This document shows, in pieces, positions 37,840 through 46,969 of a stretch of 64,000 nt of DNA; the stretch's first letter is position 1; every line of letters begins with the position of its first letter. Origin of the DNA: Vicinamibacteria bacterium (GTDB lineage: Bacteria; Acidobacteriota; Vicinamibacteria; Vicinamibacterales; UBA8438). Where the stretch lies: contig CAUZDY010000014.1 in the NCBI GenBank assembly GCA_963578805.1, positions 514-64,513 on the forward strand, in the 5' to 3' direction. Below the pieces are notes generated by a model. The model did no database searches. It saw only the letters and a list, made by a program, of their open reading frames with translations, and had not been told where the DNA came from. The position numbers were made by a program, and so were the translations under genes.

Positions 37840-40801
37840 AGTCCTTCCGGCACACGGTCGGATACGGACAATACGAGCACCGATACAACTCGGCAGGCCG
37901 TACCGGATAATTGCCGCGCTCGATCTGGTCAAGAACATCCAGTGCCCGACGCTCTCCCTCAGTGACGGCCCTCGCGAACCCCCGGCGCCCCAGAGGCACC
38001 TGCAGGCGCGGCTCACCAAATGCGATGTACACGGCGTCCACGGCCCGCCACATTTTCCTGCCAGGCGAGTTCAGCTGCTGCTCGACAGCACGAGCGTAGA
38101 GAGGAAGCTGAAGAGAACGGCTTCGATTCGGCGCCCGGTTGGCCTTGTAATCGACAACCCTGAATGTTCCATCGGAAAAGAGATCGACCCGGTCTACGAC
38201 GCCGCGCAGGCGCACGCGACGGCCATGCTCTCCGGTGCCGACCAGAAACGTTCCGTCGACACGAAACTCTGTCAGTCGCTCGACCACGTCTGCCGGTCGA
38301 CTCACCTCAAGTTGAAACAGTCGGTCGGCAAGACCAGGGGCGGCAGCCGACCCGAATATCCAGGCTCGTGACACCGCCCGGTCATCCACTGGAAGCTGAA
38401 GGAGCGCAGCCTCAGCCAGCTCTCTGAACATCGACCGCGCGTCATCTAGATCGGTGACGGCGATAGACCGATGACCACTGTCGTGCCACTGCCGAAAAAA
38501 CGTCTCAAACACACGATGCAGAAGTAACCCACGGCGACGCGGAGCAACCAGCCGCTCGTCATCGGATTCTTCGCCCAGTTTTAAAACGTGGTCGGCGAAG
38601 TATTTGAACGGGCAGTCGAGATACTGTTCCAGCGAACGAACCGCGTAGGTGGTAGGCTCACGGGCTCCCGTCGCTCCTCGAAAACGTGGGGCTCGCCAGT
38701 CGTGGTCTTCGGTCCGCATCGCCAGCCATCGTGCCGCCGAACCTTCCAGGTCGCCGGGTAATATCGCGCCATACGCCATCGCGTCTTCTTGTGTGACACA
38801 GACCGCTTGGTCGACATCCGAGGTTACGCGCGAAAGCGTTTGGTCGTCGGCCTCCTCCAGAAAGCTTGACGGCGTGACCGCGGCGTCGTTCTCGAGTGAC
38901 ACGGTCGACAGCGTCACGCGGTCGACGGGAAGCGCCAACAGGTCTCGAAACGTCGCCCGGGCTCCACGAAGGATGTCACGTTCGCGCGGCCAGCCGAGCG
39001 GGATCAGTAGACCCGACGGGAACAAAATGCTTCGTCCAGGTCGCTCCGGCCATTCACCGTCGATCAGACCGATGATAAAAAGGTCGTCATAGCGACCATA
39101 GGCCGCGGTCCGTGCGTCAACGAGTTGAACCCCTTCGGTGCCCGTCATGGGCTCGAACGTCTGCATCTCGATCCAACGCCGAAGCCCGGCAACCACCTCG
39201 GTAAAAGATGTTGGTGTGTCATCGATCGCGGTGTGTGCTCGCAGTAACTCGTCCACTGCTATCCAAACGGCGCGTCGGGCACGTGTTTCTCGTTCGCGAA
39301 GCGGCGCCGCCGGCATGCGTCGGGTCGCGTAGCGGGTGAGAAACGTGGCCAAGGTGCCTAGCAGAATAGAGGGTGGACCATCGTTCTCGAGTGGCCGTAG
39401 CAGCTCAGCCAACTCCAGGACCAAACTTGCGACTTCGGCAGCGGGTCGATGGCGGCCTGCGTCGTCGCCGCAATCCGACATTCGCCACTGTGTCACCAGA
39501 CGGCTCAAGGCCGGCCGGCCACCCAAATAGCGGGCACTTCTCAGCATTTGATCGAAAGTGTGGACCGACGCGATATCCAGCGGCTGACCACCACTCTCAA
39601 AGTCGAAGTGTGGGGACCGAAGCAACGCTACGGCAGCAGGCCGGTCGTACCCCGAGGTCACGAACGAACAAACGAGGTCGAGTGCCGCAGCATACGGCTC
39701 GGCCGCGAGGGGCAACGCGTCCAGTGTCTCGAACGGTAGCCGGGCCTGCCGAAACAGCTGTCGCGCAAGATAGAGATACGGTAGTGGCCGGCGATACACC
39801 ACGCCGACCTTACGGTCGAGGGTGACGTCGTCTCTTGGACCGCCGTGACCGTGTCTCGCCGACGTCTTCACACTTCTAGCAACGGCGAGAAGCTCCTCCT
39901 CCCGGTCGCGCCAAACGAAATGATTCTGGTCACCCTCCGGGGGGACAACGACTAGCGGAGGTCGGTCGCGATCAGCGGAGTCAAGTTTGACGCGTTCCTC
40001 CTGGAGACCTGGGAGCAGATCGGTGATCCGTTCGTAGAAGCCGGAGTCGAGCACACGCTCCGTCGCCACAACATCGAGTTCCTCGAGACCCGGCAGCCGG
40101 GTTAGCAGATCATAATCGGCCGGCCACAAGCCAGAGGAATCGACGACATGGTCCGGCACCGCGACAACCACTCTCCGAAACGGAGTCGTCGCCCTCCCTG
40201 TCAGTAGCGACCTGAGGCCGTGCTCGTCAACACCGCCCAGTGAGTCCAGCCTCGCCTCGTACCGTCTGAAAGTGGCGACGAGAAATTTCGTCTGCCGGAG
40301 CAAACGACGCGCGCCGCGGTCCAAGTCAACAGTTGGCTCCAAATCGGCCGTCACCGAGCGGTCAAAGCCGTTAACCGATTTCCGATGGCGTTGTAGTTGG
40401 TCATAAAAGCTGACGACGGCTGGGATAAGGCCGGGCCTGAGTTTGAACGGGGGCGCCACATCATGGGCCTGCGCCTGCCGCGCCGAGGCCAGCATGCAGA
40501 CGTGACGTTCGAGCGTCGACAGGTAAGACACCGAACCTTCGAGACAAGTATGCATCTCTCTATACCACTGGTCGCGGGTCAAGAGAAACGGCACGACTCG
40601 CACGCTCGGCGCCTCTGCCGCGGCGACCATGTCTGTCTCAATCGTGCGACTGAGCTGGGTCGCCGCCGCCGTGGTCGGGACGAGAACCGCCGTCTGTCGC
40701 GCTCGCCACGGATCAGACTCAGCGGCAAGTGCCACTATGGCCTGCTGAAACGACGCCAGGCCGGGCGTACGAAAAAGGCGGAAGTGGCGAGGCGTCGTCA
40801 A
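37823..40801 (-). CDS. addB: AddB-like PD-(D/E)XK nuclease partner with Fe-S motif
   Basis: YLDCPFKY...RGLLLH...RGVVDRVD...VVDYK...CSYCPYPTVC; overlaps the addA start. TTG start is estimated. Confidence 0.88.
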   Translation of the reverse strand: MTTPRHFRLFRTPGLASFQQAIVALAAESDPWRARQTAVLVPTTAAATQLSRTIETDMVAAAEAPSVRVVPFLLTRDQWYREMHTCLEGSVSYLSTLERHVCMLASARQAQAHDVAPPFKLRPGLIPAVVSFYDQLQRHRKSVNGFDRSVTADLEPTVDLDRGARRLLRQTKFLVATFRRYEARLDSLGGVDEHGLRSLLTGRATTPFRRVVVAVPDHVVDSSGLWPADYDLLTRLPGLEELDVVATERVLDSGFYERITDLLPGLQEERVKLDSADRDRPPLVVVPPEGDQNHFVWRDREEELLAVARSVKTSARHGHGGPRDDVTLDRKVGVVYRRPLPYLYLARQLFRQARLPFETLDALPLAAEPYAAALDLVCSFVTSGYDRPAAVALLRSPHFDFESGGQPLDIASVHTFDQMLRSARYLGGRPALSRLVTQWRMSDCGDDAGRHRPAAEVASLVLELAELLRPLENDGPPSILLGTLATFLTRYATRRMPAAPLRERETRARRAVWIAVDELLRAHTAIDDTPTSFTEVVAGLRRWIEMQTFEPMTGTEGVQLVDARTAAYGRYDDLFIIGLIDGEWPERPGRSILFPSGLLIPLGWPRERDILRGARATFRDLLALPVDRVTLSTVSLENDAAVTPSSFLEEADDQTLSRVTSDVDQAVCVTQEDAMAYGAILPGDLEGSAARWLAMRTEDHDWRAPRFRGATGAREPTTYAVRSLEQYLDCPFKYFADHVLKLGEESDDERLVAPRRRGLLLHRVFETFFRQWHDSGHRSIAVTDLDDARSMFRELAEAALLQLPVDDRAVSRAWIFGSAAAPGLADRLFQLEVSRPADVVERLTEFRVDGTFLVGTGEHGRRVRLRGVVDRVDLFSDGTFRVVDYKANRAPNRSRSLQLPLYARAVEQQLNSPGRKMWRAVDAVYIAFGEPRLQVPLGRRGFARAVTEGERRALDVLDQIERGNYPVRPAELYRCSYCPYPTVCRKDYVGEE

Positions 40802-40945
40802 AACCAGCCGCCGTCTGTGTAAAACATGTGGAAACGCTGTGTAAGTGATGTGGAGAGCGAGACACGGTGTACATTTCGTTCGCGTTGTACCGGAGGCCTG
40901 CGCCTGGTCTCCAGGTGTTGACGATGTCTTCGCGTGTTGCTTCGC

Positions 40946-40973
40946 TTGACGGTACCGCTCATCGCGATAAAAT
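40946..40973 (+). promoter_or_regulatory. Sigma70 promoter TTGACG-16-TAAAAT
   Basis: Near-consensus hexamers upstream of the ORF at 41040. Confidence 0.55.
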
Positions 40974-41039
40974 TCGGCGTCTATTGAGGTCTGTCGCCAA
41001 GGCAGCCTCAAGCCCTTAATATCCAGAGACCTCGGCGAC

Positions 41040-41255
41040 GTGAAGTTACACCGTTTCGAAGAGACCATCAACGGCCGTGTCTACGAAATCGAAGTGTCGG
41101 CCCTAAGGCCTGACCGCTGGCGGGCGTATCTCGTGACACTGCCTGGCGGCCCAACCGCTCTGATGCCTTTCTACGGCCGAACAGCGTCTGAGGCTGCCGA
41201 TCTTTTGGTCAGCTTCCTCACGAGGGCCCACCAGGTGGCATCTAACTCCGCTTAG
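41040..41255 (+). CDS. Small hypothetical protein
   Basis: 71 aa, protein-like (RFEETINGRVYEIEV...PGGPTALMPFYG); promoter upstream. Confidence 0.65.
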   Translation: MKLHRFEETINGRVYEIEVSALRPDRWRAYLVTLPGGPTALMPFYGRTASEAADLLVSFLTRAHQVASNSA

Positions 41256-41321
41256 CCCGGTATAGTAGGCTGCTGGTGTGACATCCAGTGGTCCTAGGCA
41301 GATGCTGACAGCCTGCAGCCG

Positions 41322-42377
41322 TTGCCGCCAAGTCCGACAGCTATACTGCTCGCGGTTTTGGTGATTCCGCTCCTGCTAGACGCACCGTGCGTCTTTGCCG
41401 GTCAGCCGGACTCGCTCCCAACGATACGCTTGATCGCCACCGGCGGCACTATATCGAATCGACCCGGCGGACGTCTGACCGCCGAGCAACTGATCGAACT
41501 GATTCCCTTCCTCGATCGGTATGCCGTCTCCGAGGCTGAGCAGTTTGACAACGTCGCGAGCAGCATGCTGACTCTCGACCAATGGCTGAAGCTCTCGCGC
41601 CGGGTCAACGAGCTTCTGTCTGGCCGTCCCGACCTTACGGGCATCGTAGTTACAACCGGAACGGACACCCTCGAGGAGACTGCGTACTTTCTCCATCTGA
41701 CCGTCCGCAGCGATAAGCCAGTGGTTGTCGTCGGCTCCATGCGACCGCCTCAATCGTTGAGCTACGACGGCGCGGCCAACCTCCTGCAAGGCTTCCGGGT
41801 CGCGGCAGACGGCGCGTCGCGTGGAAAAGGGGTCCTCGTCGTCCTCAACAACGAGATCAACTCAGCACGCGAGGTCTCGAAAACGAACACCCAGAGCCTG
41901 CAAGCGTTTTCCGCACCAGGCTATGGTGTCCTCGGCCTGGTGGACACCGACCGGGTCGTATATTACCGCCGAACTGAACGTCGCCACACCGCTTCGAGCG
42001 AGTTTGATGTGACATCGATCGACCGGCTGCCACGGGTCGATGTCTTGCTTAGCTACCAAGATGCGCCGGGCGATTTGATCACACGGGCAGTCGAAGCTGG
42101 GGCGGGGGCCGGGTCGGTTAGTCGCGAGCAACGCAAGGCGATCACGGCGGTCAGCCACACCGGCACGCCCGTCGTCGTCACCAGCCGGACTGGCCGTGGT
42201 CGGGTGCCCGCCGAACGACAAGCGGGGCGCAAGGTGACGCCCGGACAAGGATCGCTCACAGCCCCGCGGATCGGTGGTGAGGATCTCTCCCCAGTGAAGG
42301 CCCGGATCCTGTTGATGCTGGCTCTGGCCGTGACCACCGACCTGCGAGAAATCCAGAGGATGTTCTTGGAGTATTGA
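41322..42377 (+). CDS. L-asparaginase (type II-like, secreted)
   Basis: ATGGTIS, TGTDTLEETAYFL, VGSMRP and SKTNT; signal peptide. Confidence 0.92.
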   Translation: MPPSPTAILLAVLVIPLLLDAPCVFAGQPDSLPTIRLIATGGTISNRPGGRLTAEQLIELIPFLDRYAVSEAEQFDNVASSMLTLDQWLKLSRRVNELLSGRPDLTGIVVTTGTDTLEETAYFLHLTVRSDKPVVVVGSMRPPQSLSYDGAANLLQGFRVAADGASRGKGVLVVLNNEINSAREVSKTNTQSLQAFSAPGYGVLGLVDTDRVVYYRRTERRHTASSEFDVTSIDRLPRVDVLLSYQDAPGDLITRAVEAGAGAGSVSREQRKAITAVSHTGTPVVVTSRTGRGRVPAERQAGRKVTPGQGSLTAPRIGGEDLSPVKARILLMLALAVTTDLREIQRMFLEY

Positions 42378-42394
42378 GCGGGCGAGAAACGAAG

Positions 42395-42470
42395 TGGTGG
42401 ACCAGGCCGGGATCGAACCGGCGACCTCGTGAATGCCATTCACGCGCGCTCCCAACTGCGCCACTGGCCC
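42395..42470 (-). tRNA. tRNA-Ala(GGC)
   Basis: 76-nt cloverleaf GGGCCAG...GGTTCGATCCC...CCACCA; anticodon arm CGTGA-ATGGCAT-TCACG. Confidence 0.97.
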
Positions 42471-42512
42471 AACCGAGCCATTCTATGCGCACCACTGGCG
42501 ATGATCAACGAA

Positions 42513-43151
42513 TCAGCCGAGGCAGGTACCAGACACGGGTGGAAGCTCCCGGTTAAAGATCCGCTTGTATTCCGACGGTGTATCAATGTCGAGAAACGGG
42601 CCGTCTACCTCCACGGCAACCTCTACCGTGTCAGTCAGATGAGCGTGGACCACAGTCTTTGCGCCGCCGTCTGGGTTGGTGCACCTCAACTCATCAAAGA
42701 CGACGCGATCAAAGATCACTGGATGCCCATGCCGTCCGTTTTTGACCGGCCTGACGACCGGCGCACGGGTTCGCTGGTGTGCGTCCCTCAATCGAGACAC
42801 GGTCTCGACATCGATCAATGGCACATCGACCAAGGTGACGAGAACCCCGCCTACACCAGGCCGGTCGATAGCCCTCAACCCGACAAGTAATGATGAGAGT
42901 TGCCCCCGATCCGGCGACGGGTTTAAAACTACGCGGGGAGGTGGATCCTCGTGTGCCAGCGCGGCGTCGAGCGGTGGGATACCTGGACCAACTACGACAA
43001 CAACATCATCGACGCCACCTTGACGGAGCACATGCACAATTCTGCCGATGAACGTTTCATTACGCGTCGATGTTGGTAGGAGCGCCTTAGGTTGACCCAT
43101 ACGGCTGGAACGGCCGGCGCACAGCACGACGCCAGGAACGATAATACTCAT
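42513..43151 (-). CDS. mocA: Molybdenum cofactor cytidylyltransferase-like NTP transferase
   Basis: VLCAGRSSRMGQPKALL, GQLSSL, LVDVP, GHPVIF and DIDTP. Confidence 0.8.
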   Translation of the reverse strand: MSIIVPGVVLCAGRSSRMGQPKALLPTSTRNETFIGRIVHVLRQGGVDDVVVVVGPGIPPLDAALAHEDPPPRVVLNPSPDRGQLSSLLVGLRAIDRPGVGGVLVTLVDVPLIDVETVSRLRDAHQRTRAPVVRPVKNGRHGHPVIFDRVVFDELRCTNPDGGAKTVVHAHLTDTVEVAVEVDGPFLDIDTPSEYKRIFNRELPPVSGTCLG

Positions 43152-43234
43152 ACAAATCCAATCCCATCTCGCCGTGAAATCAGTGTCTCGGCAGGGAACT
43201 AGCCAAGTCTAACCTCGCGCTGTAGAATCCGCCC

Positions 43235-43567
43235 ATGCACGACGTCCAGATTCAGATCCGGTGCCAGCGTTGTGGTAACCAGATGGAGCTCAAGGACCCT
43301 GGACCTGACGACACCTGGACCCCTCAGCAATTCTGGGAATGCCAAGCATGCGGGCGGCACTTCTGGACCACATATCCACCACCCAAGAAACCCGTGCCAC
43401 CGAAGACCACCAAGCCGGCGGCGCCTCAGTCAGATGTGGCCGCGCCGCAGGCAAGACCCGTGGCGAATGAGGCCAAATCTGTGGTCTCGTCCGCACCCCC
43501 TCACACAAAACCGTCGCCCGAGTTTCCACCCGAAGAAAAGACGGGAGCGGTCGCTAAGAAGCCCTAG
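43235..43567 (+). CDS. Zinc-ribbon protein with Pro-rich tail
   Basis: CQRC...CQAC; TAGAAT lies 6 nt before the ATG. Confidence 0.7.
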   Translation: MHDVQIQIRCQRCGNQMELKDPGPDDTWTPQQFWECQACGRHFWTTYPPPKKPVPPKTTKPAAPQSDVAAPQARPVANEAKSVVSSAPPHTKPSPEFPPEEKTGAVAKKP

Positions 43568-43607
43568 TAGGGCCGGGGCTCGAATTCCGCTAAACGTGCG
43601 CAAATGG

Positions 43608-43636
43608 TTGACTTCTGGCAAATACCTCAATAAACT
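43608..43636 (+). promoter_or_regulatory. Sigma70 promoter TTGACT-17-TAAACT of the cold-shock gene
   Basis: Consensus spacing; implies a ~160-nt 5' UTR. Confidence 0.7.
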
Positions 43637-43801
43637 GTTCGCCTTTGGGCCTGGATTAAACCCTGAGCCTAACATAGGCTTTGGTGCCCGAGGCGCGCCG
43701 CTAAACGCTTCGGCCGGGTGTCAGGGAATGGGCGCCATGGCTCACGGAAGCGTAGTAGTGGTCTACTCGATGACCAGTGCTGCGAGCTTCGGAGGAACCA
43801 C

Positions 43802-44008
43802 ATGCCAAGTGGGACGATCGCACGTCTGTTGATTGACAAGGGGTTCGGCTTCATCCGCGACGAAGGTGGTGTTGAGCACTTCTTTCACCGTAGCTCGGTC
43901 CGTGGTGCCGTATTCGAGCTCCTAAGAGAGGGGCAGCGGGTAGACTTCAACATCGAGGAGTCGCAAAAGGGGCCACGCGCCGGAGAAGTTCGGTTAATCG
44001 AAGGCTAG
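43802..44008 (+). CDS. Cold-shock domain protein
   Basis: GTIARLLIDKGFGFI...FFHRSSV...GQRVDF...KGPRA; GGAGG SD. Confidence 0.95.
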   Translation: MPSGTIARLLIDKGFGFIRDEGGVEHFFHRSSVRGAVFELLREGQRVDFNIEESQKGPRAGEVRLIEG

Positions 44009-44017
44009 GTGTACCTG

Positions 44018-44043
44018 CGTGAAGCTGGGAAGCCGGTTTCACG
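44018..44043 (+). terminator. Hairpin after the csp gene (possible terminator)
   Basis: CGTGAAGCTGG-GAAG-CCGGTTTCACG, 11-bp stem; the U-tract is weak and offset. Confidence 0.35.
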
Positions 44044-44174
44044 AAGATCGTTTTCTTCCTCCGGCCCACGGGGCGGAGCGAGTTAGTCGCCTGGCTCTGA
44101 CCTGAAACTAGCCAGCACATCCGTTTGCAGAGAGCCGACTAGGTAACGGCGTCATCGGTGGCGGATGAAGATCC

Positions 44175-44271
44175 GGAAGCGAACGGGGCCCGGTGACCCT
44201 CCCGGTCTTCAAAACCGGTCGCTCCCCGCCAACGCGGGGGGGCTGGGTTCGACTCCCAGGCGCTTCCGCCA
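44175..44271 (+). tRNA. selC: tRNA-Sec(UCA)
   Basis: 97 nt; GGAAGCG/CGCTTCC acceptor, CTTCAAA anticodon loop, long variable arm, GGTTCGACTCC and GCCA end. Confidence 0.96.
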
Positions 44272-44435
44272 ATTCATGGACCGGTCGGTCACGACCGTAG
44301 GTTACTCACCTCATTACTGTTAGGCTAACCGCCCTATCATAGGGAATTTTTTCTTGTTGATTCACACTATTACGCGAAGCACAATGCGGGGATAATACGA
44401 ACATCCAATTGCCTAATTTCTCTATTCTCTAGGAG

Positions 44436-44651
44436 GTGCACATGCCGCTAATCCAACCGCCAGCGCTGCGTGAAGCGCGGAACTCAGCCGCCGCCTTCAC
44501 CCGCATCTGCTCTCTGTGTGCCTCCCATCGTCTCACCGGCAGCCTCCTGACTTTTGGTCCTGGAACCGGTGAGGAGATGGCATGGGTGTGTGACGATTGC
44601 CAGCACAAGCTTGCCCGGAGGGTTGACGACGAAGGGACTCTGGGTGGGTAA
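44436..44651 (+). CDS. Small CxxC...CxxC protein
   Basis: AGGAGG SD; CSLC...CDDC; AT-rich upstream region. Confidence 0.7.
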   Translation: MHMPLIQPPALREARNSAAAFTRICSLCASHRLTGSLLTFGPGTGEEMAWVCDDCQHKLARRVDDEGTLGG

Positions 44652-44732
44652 ATACAAACGGCGAGACGAGCATGACACCCATCTCGCCGGCTGACTTCTT
44701 CTGCGCCTAAGCCTAAGTCTGACCGGGCCTGC

Positions 44733-45074
44733 TTAAGCGGCAGGCCCTCCACGAACCGCTCGCTTCACAAGGTTCTTCATCAAGGACACTTTAAAGCCGT
44801 TGTGCGTCAATGGCTCGACGCCACGAATGGCAATCTGGCCGACACGCTCGGCCAGGTCCTCACTGATCGCCTGCCCGCGGAGCGAATCCTCGACGTCTGT
44901 CAACCTTACCGGGTAGGGTGCCACACCGTTCACAACGACGCGGGCTTGGTCGATGACACCGTTGCTCTCCATCATCGCCGATGCGACATTGACCAACGGA
45001 AAATCCCAACTACCGCGGTCCCTGACCTTTTCGTAATACAGCTTTGTACCGGCCCACGTGGACGACCTGAGCAC
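44733..45074 (-). pseudogene. C-terminal fragment of a xanthine-dehydrogenase-family FAD subunit (PaoB/YagS-like)
   Basis: YEKVRDRGSWDFPLVNVA...ARVVVNGVAPYPVR...PLTHNGFKV; the FAD-binding N-terminus is absent. Confidence 0.8.
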
Positions 45075-45415
45075 TCGCGGTGATCCTTAACGCAGGGTCG
45101 CCGCCTAGGCGGTCAACGCAGCCAGCGGGACGTGCATTTCTCGTGTCAGCCCAATTGGTCGAGCAAGCCGTCAACTACAGGTGATGCTAAGATTTGGTAC
45201 TCAATCGCGCCCTAGCCTACCGCGCCGACCGATTCGGTCGCCTCACTCGACCTCACGCCCGGGGTCAAGTGCTAGATACAGGTGGTAGGCATAGGCGCTG
45301 GGCACGACGAACCGGCAGAACGCAGTCAACTCGGCTCCGAACGCGTTCAACTCCTACGTGGATCGGTTCCTGGAAGATTATCAGCTTGCCAACCAGTGGT
45401 AGAGGCTCGTCTGAT

Positions 45416-45853
45416 CTACGCGCCTTGCCCCGCAAGTGCGGCCCACAGTGCGTCGATACCGGCCTGAGCGACCTCCTCGTCCTGATCCGGGTGCCCGGAG
45501 CTACATCCCACGCCACCAACAATCTGGTCGTCGACAAAAATCGGGAGACCACCAGCCACGATCATAAAACGACCTTGATGGCTCACGTGGATACCAAACG
45601 CGGGTCCGCCCGGTCCGCTCACCTCTCCGTAGGCGCGAGTCGACCGACGAGCAGCTGCTGCCGTGAACGCTTTGCTGATCGCAATTTCAATGCTCGTAAT
45701 CCTGGCATCATCCATTCGGTGAAACATCAACAGGCTTCCGTTGTCATCCGTGACGGCAATATCCATGTCGACACCAATCTCGCGTGACTTCGTCTCGGCT
45801 GCCGTCATGATGATGCGAGCATCGTCTAGCGTGAGCTTCTTCGCTGTTTTCAT
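45416..45853 (-). CDS. GlcG/HbpS family heme-binding protein (DUF336)
   Basis: IAVTDDNG...RMDDA...AISKAFTA...GGLPI...GGVGCSSG...DEEVA. Confidence 0.9.
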   Translation of the reverse strand: MKTAKKLTLDDARIIMTAAETKSREIGVDMDIAVTDDNGSLLMFHRMDDARITSIEIAISKAFTAAAARRSTRAYGEVSGPGGPAFGIHVSHQGRFMIVAGGLPIFVDDQIVGGVGCSSGHPDQDEEVAQAGIDALWAALAGQGA

Positions 45854-45863
45854 TCGTTCTTCC

Positions 45864-46244
45864 TCAGTACTCGATCTCAGTATACGCTCTGCCTTCCGTC
45901 CACTGAACCCGTCTCATCGGCAACTCGCCCTCGCCGGCGCGATCGTAAAAGTACACCAGTACCTCAGCGTATTGTGCCTTGAGCGGTGCGATCAACTGAC
46001 GGGCAAGCGCGAAAGTGTCGACTCCTTTGTCGACCTCGACTTCGAGCGTGAAAGCGCCATGTGCGGTCGCCATCTTAAGAATCGAGTATTGCATGTTGTC
46101 CAATGGCATTTCGGTCGGATCACGCGGAGCTTCCGCGTGTTCGGCCGGCGGCCTCACTTCGCGACATCCTGCGACCATCGCCACGATGACGAACGCCGTA
46201 ACAAGAACCGTCACTGTCAAACACCAGCTCTGTCGGAACCTCAC
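45864..46244 (-). CDS. Hypothetical lipoprotein
   Basis: VAGC lipobox; TGG-TACCTT lies 6 nt before the GTG. Confidence 0.65.
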   Translation of the reverse strand: MRFRQSWCLTVTVLVTAFVIVAMVAGCREVRPPAEHAEAPRDPTEMPLDNMQYSILKMATAHGAFTLEVEVDKGVDTFALARQLIAPLKAQYAEVLVYFYDRAGEGELPMRRVQWTEGRAYTEIEY

Positions 46245-46282
46245 ACGCGCAAGGTACCATACTCAGTGACGAGATCGACATC

Positions 46283-46954
46283 ATGATGGGCACGATTGAA
46301 CGAGGAACACGACAGTTCGCCAGGCGCCTGGGAACGGTCTGTCTTTACGGAATTCTGGTGACGACGGTCAGCCCAGAGGCGCAGCGGTCCAACGCGGACC
46401 CGCAGACAGTCTTCGACCAGGCGACCCGCGATTTCTTAAACCACGACATCGCTGAGTCGGCGAACGGTTTCGACGAGTTGGTGTCCCTCGCCCCTAACTT
46501 TAAGCCGAGGCTTTGGCAGCGCGGTATCGTCTTGTACTACGCCGGGCGTTACGAGGATTGTCGGGAGCAGTTCGAGTCGCACCGTACCGTCAACCCAAAC
46601 GACGTAGAAAACGCCGCCTGGCATTTCCTTTGCGTCGCCCGTGCGGAATCACCAAGAGCGGCCAGGGCGGCCCTACTACCCGTGGGGCTAGACCCACGGG
46701 TCCCGATGCAAGAAGTGTACGGATTGCTCTCCGGATCGCAAACTGCAGTCGACGTAATGGCTGCCACCAACGGCAGGCCGAATGCCGAATTTTTTGCCCA
46801 TCTGTATCTGGGTCTCTATGCCGAAGCGCTAGGAAATCGGCAAGAGTCAGTCGAGCACATTAGAGCCGCGGCAAGCGATGACTACGCACAGGTAGGCGGG
46901 TTCATGCATGCTGTCGCACGTGTCCATCTCGCGCTCCACTCTTCGGGTCGGTGA
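46283..46954 (+). CDS. NlpI-like TPR protein
   Basis: LWQRGIVLYYAGRY...NPNDVENAAWHFLC...FFAHLYLGLY. Confidence 0.8.
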   Translation: MMGTIERGTRQFARRLGTVCLYGILVTTVSPEAQRSNADPQTVFDQATRDFLNHDIAESANGFDELVSLAPNFKPRLWQRGIVLYYAGRYEDCREQFESHRTVNPNDVENAAWHFLCVARAESPRAARAALLPVGLDPRVPMQEVYGLLSGSQTAVDVMAATNGRPNAEFFAHLYLGLYAEALGNRQESVEHIRAAASDDYAQVGGFMHAVARVHLALHSSGR

Positions 46955-46969
46955 CGGCCAGACATGGCG

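Noticed and set aside
45320-45408. Plus-strand fragment ...FNSYVDRFLEDYQLANQW*
   Set aside because: Looks like a protein C-terminus but has no start and no identifiable family.
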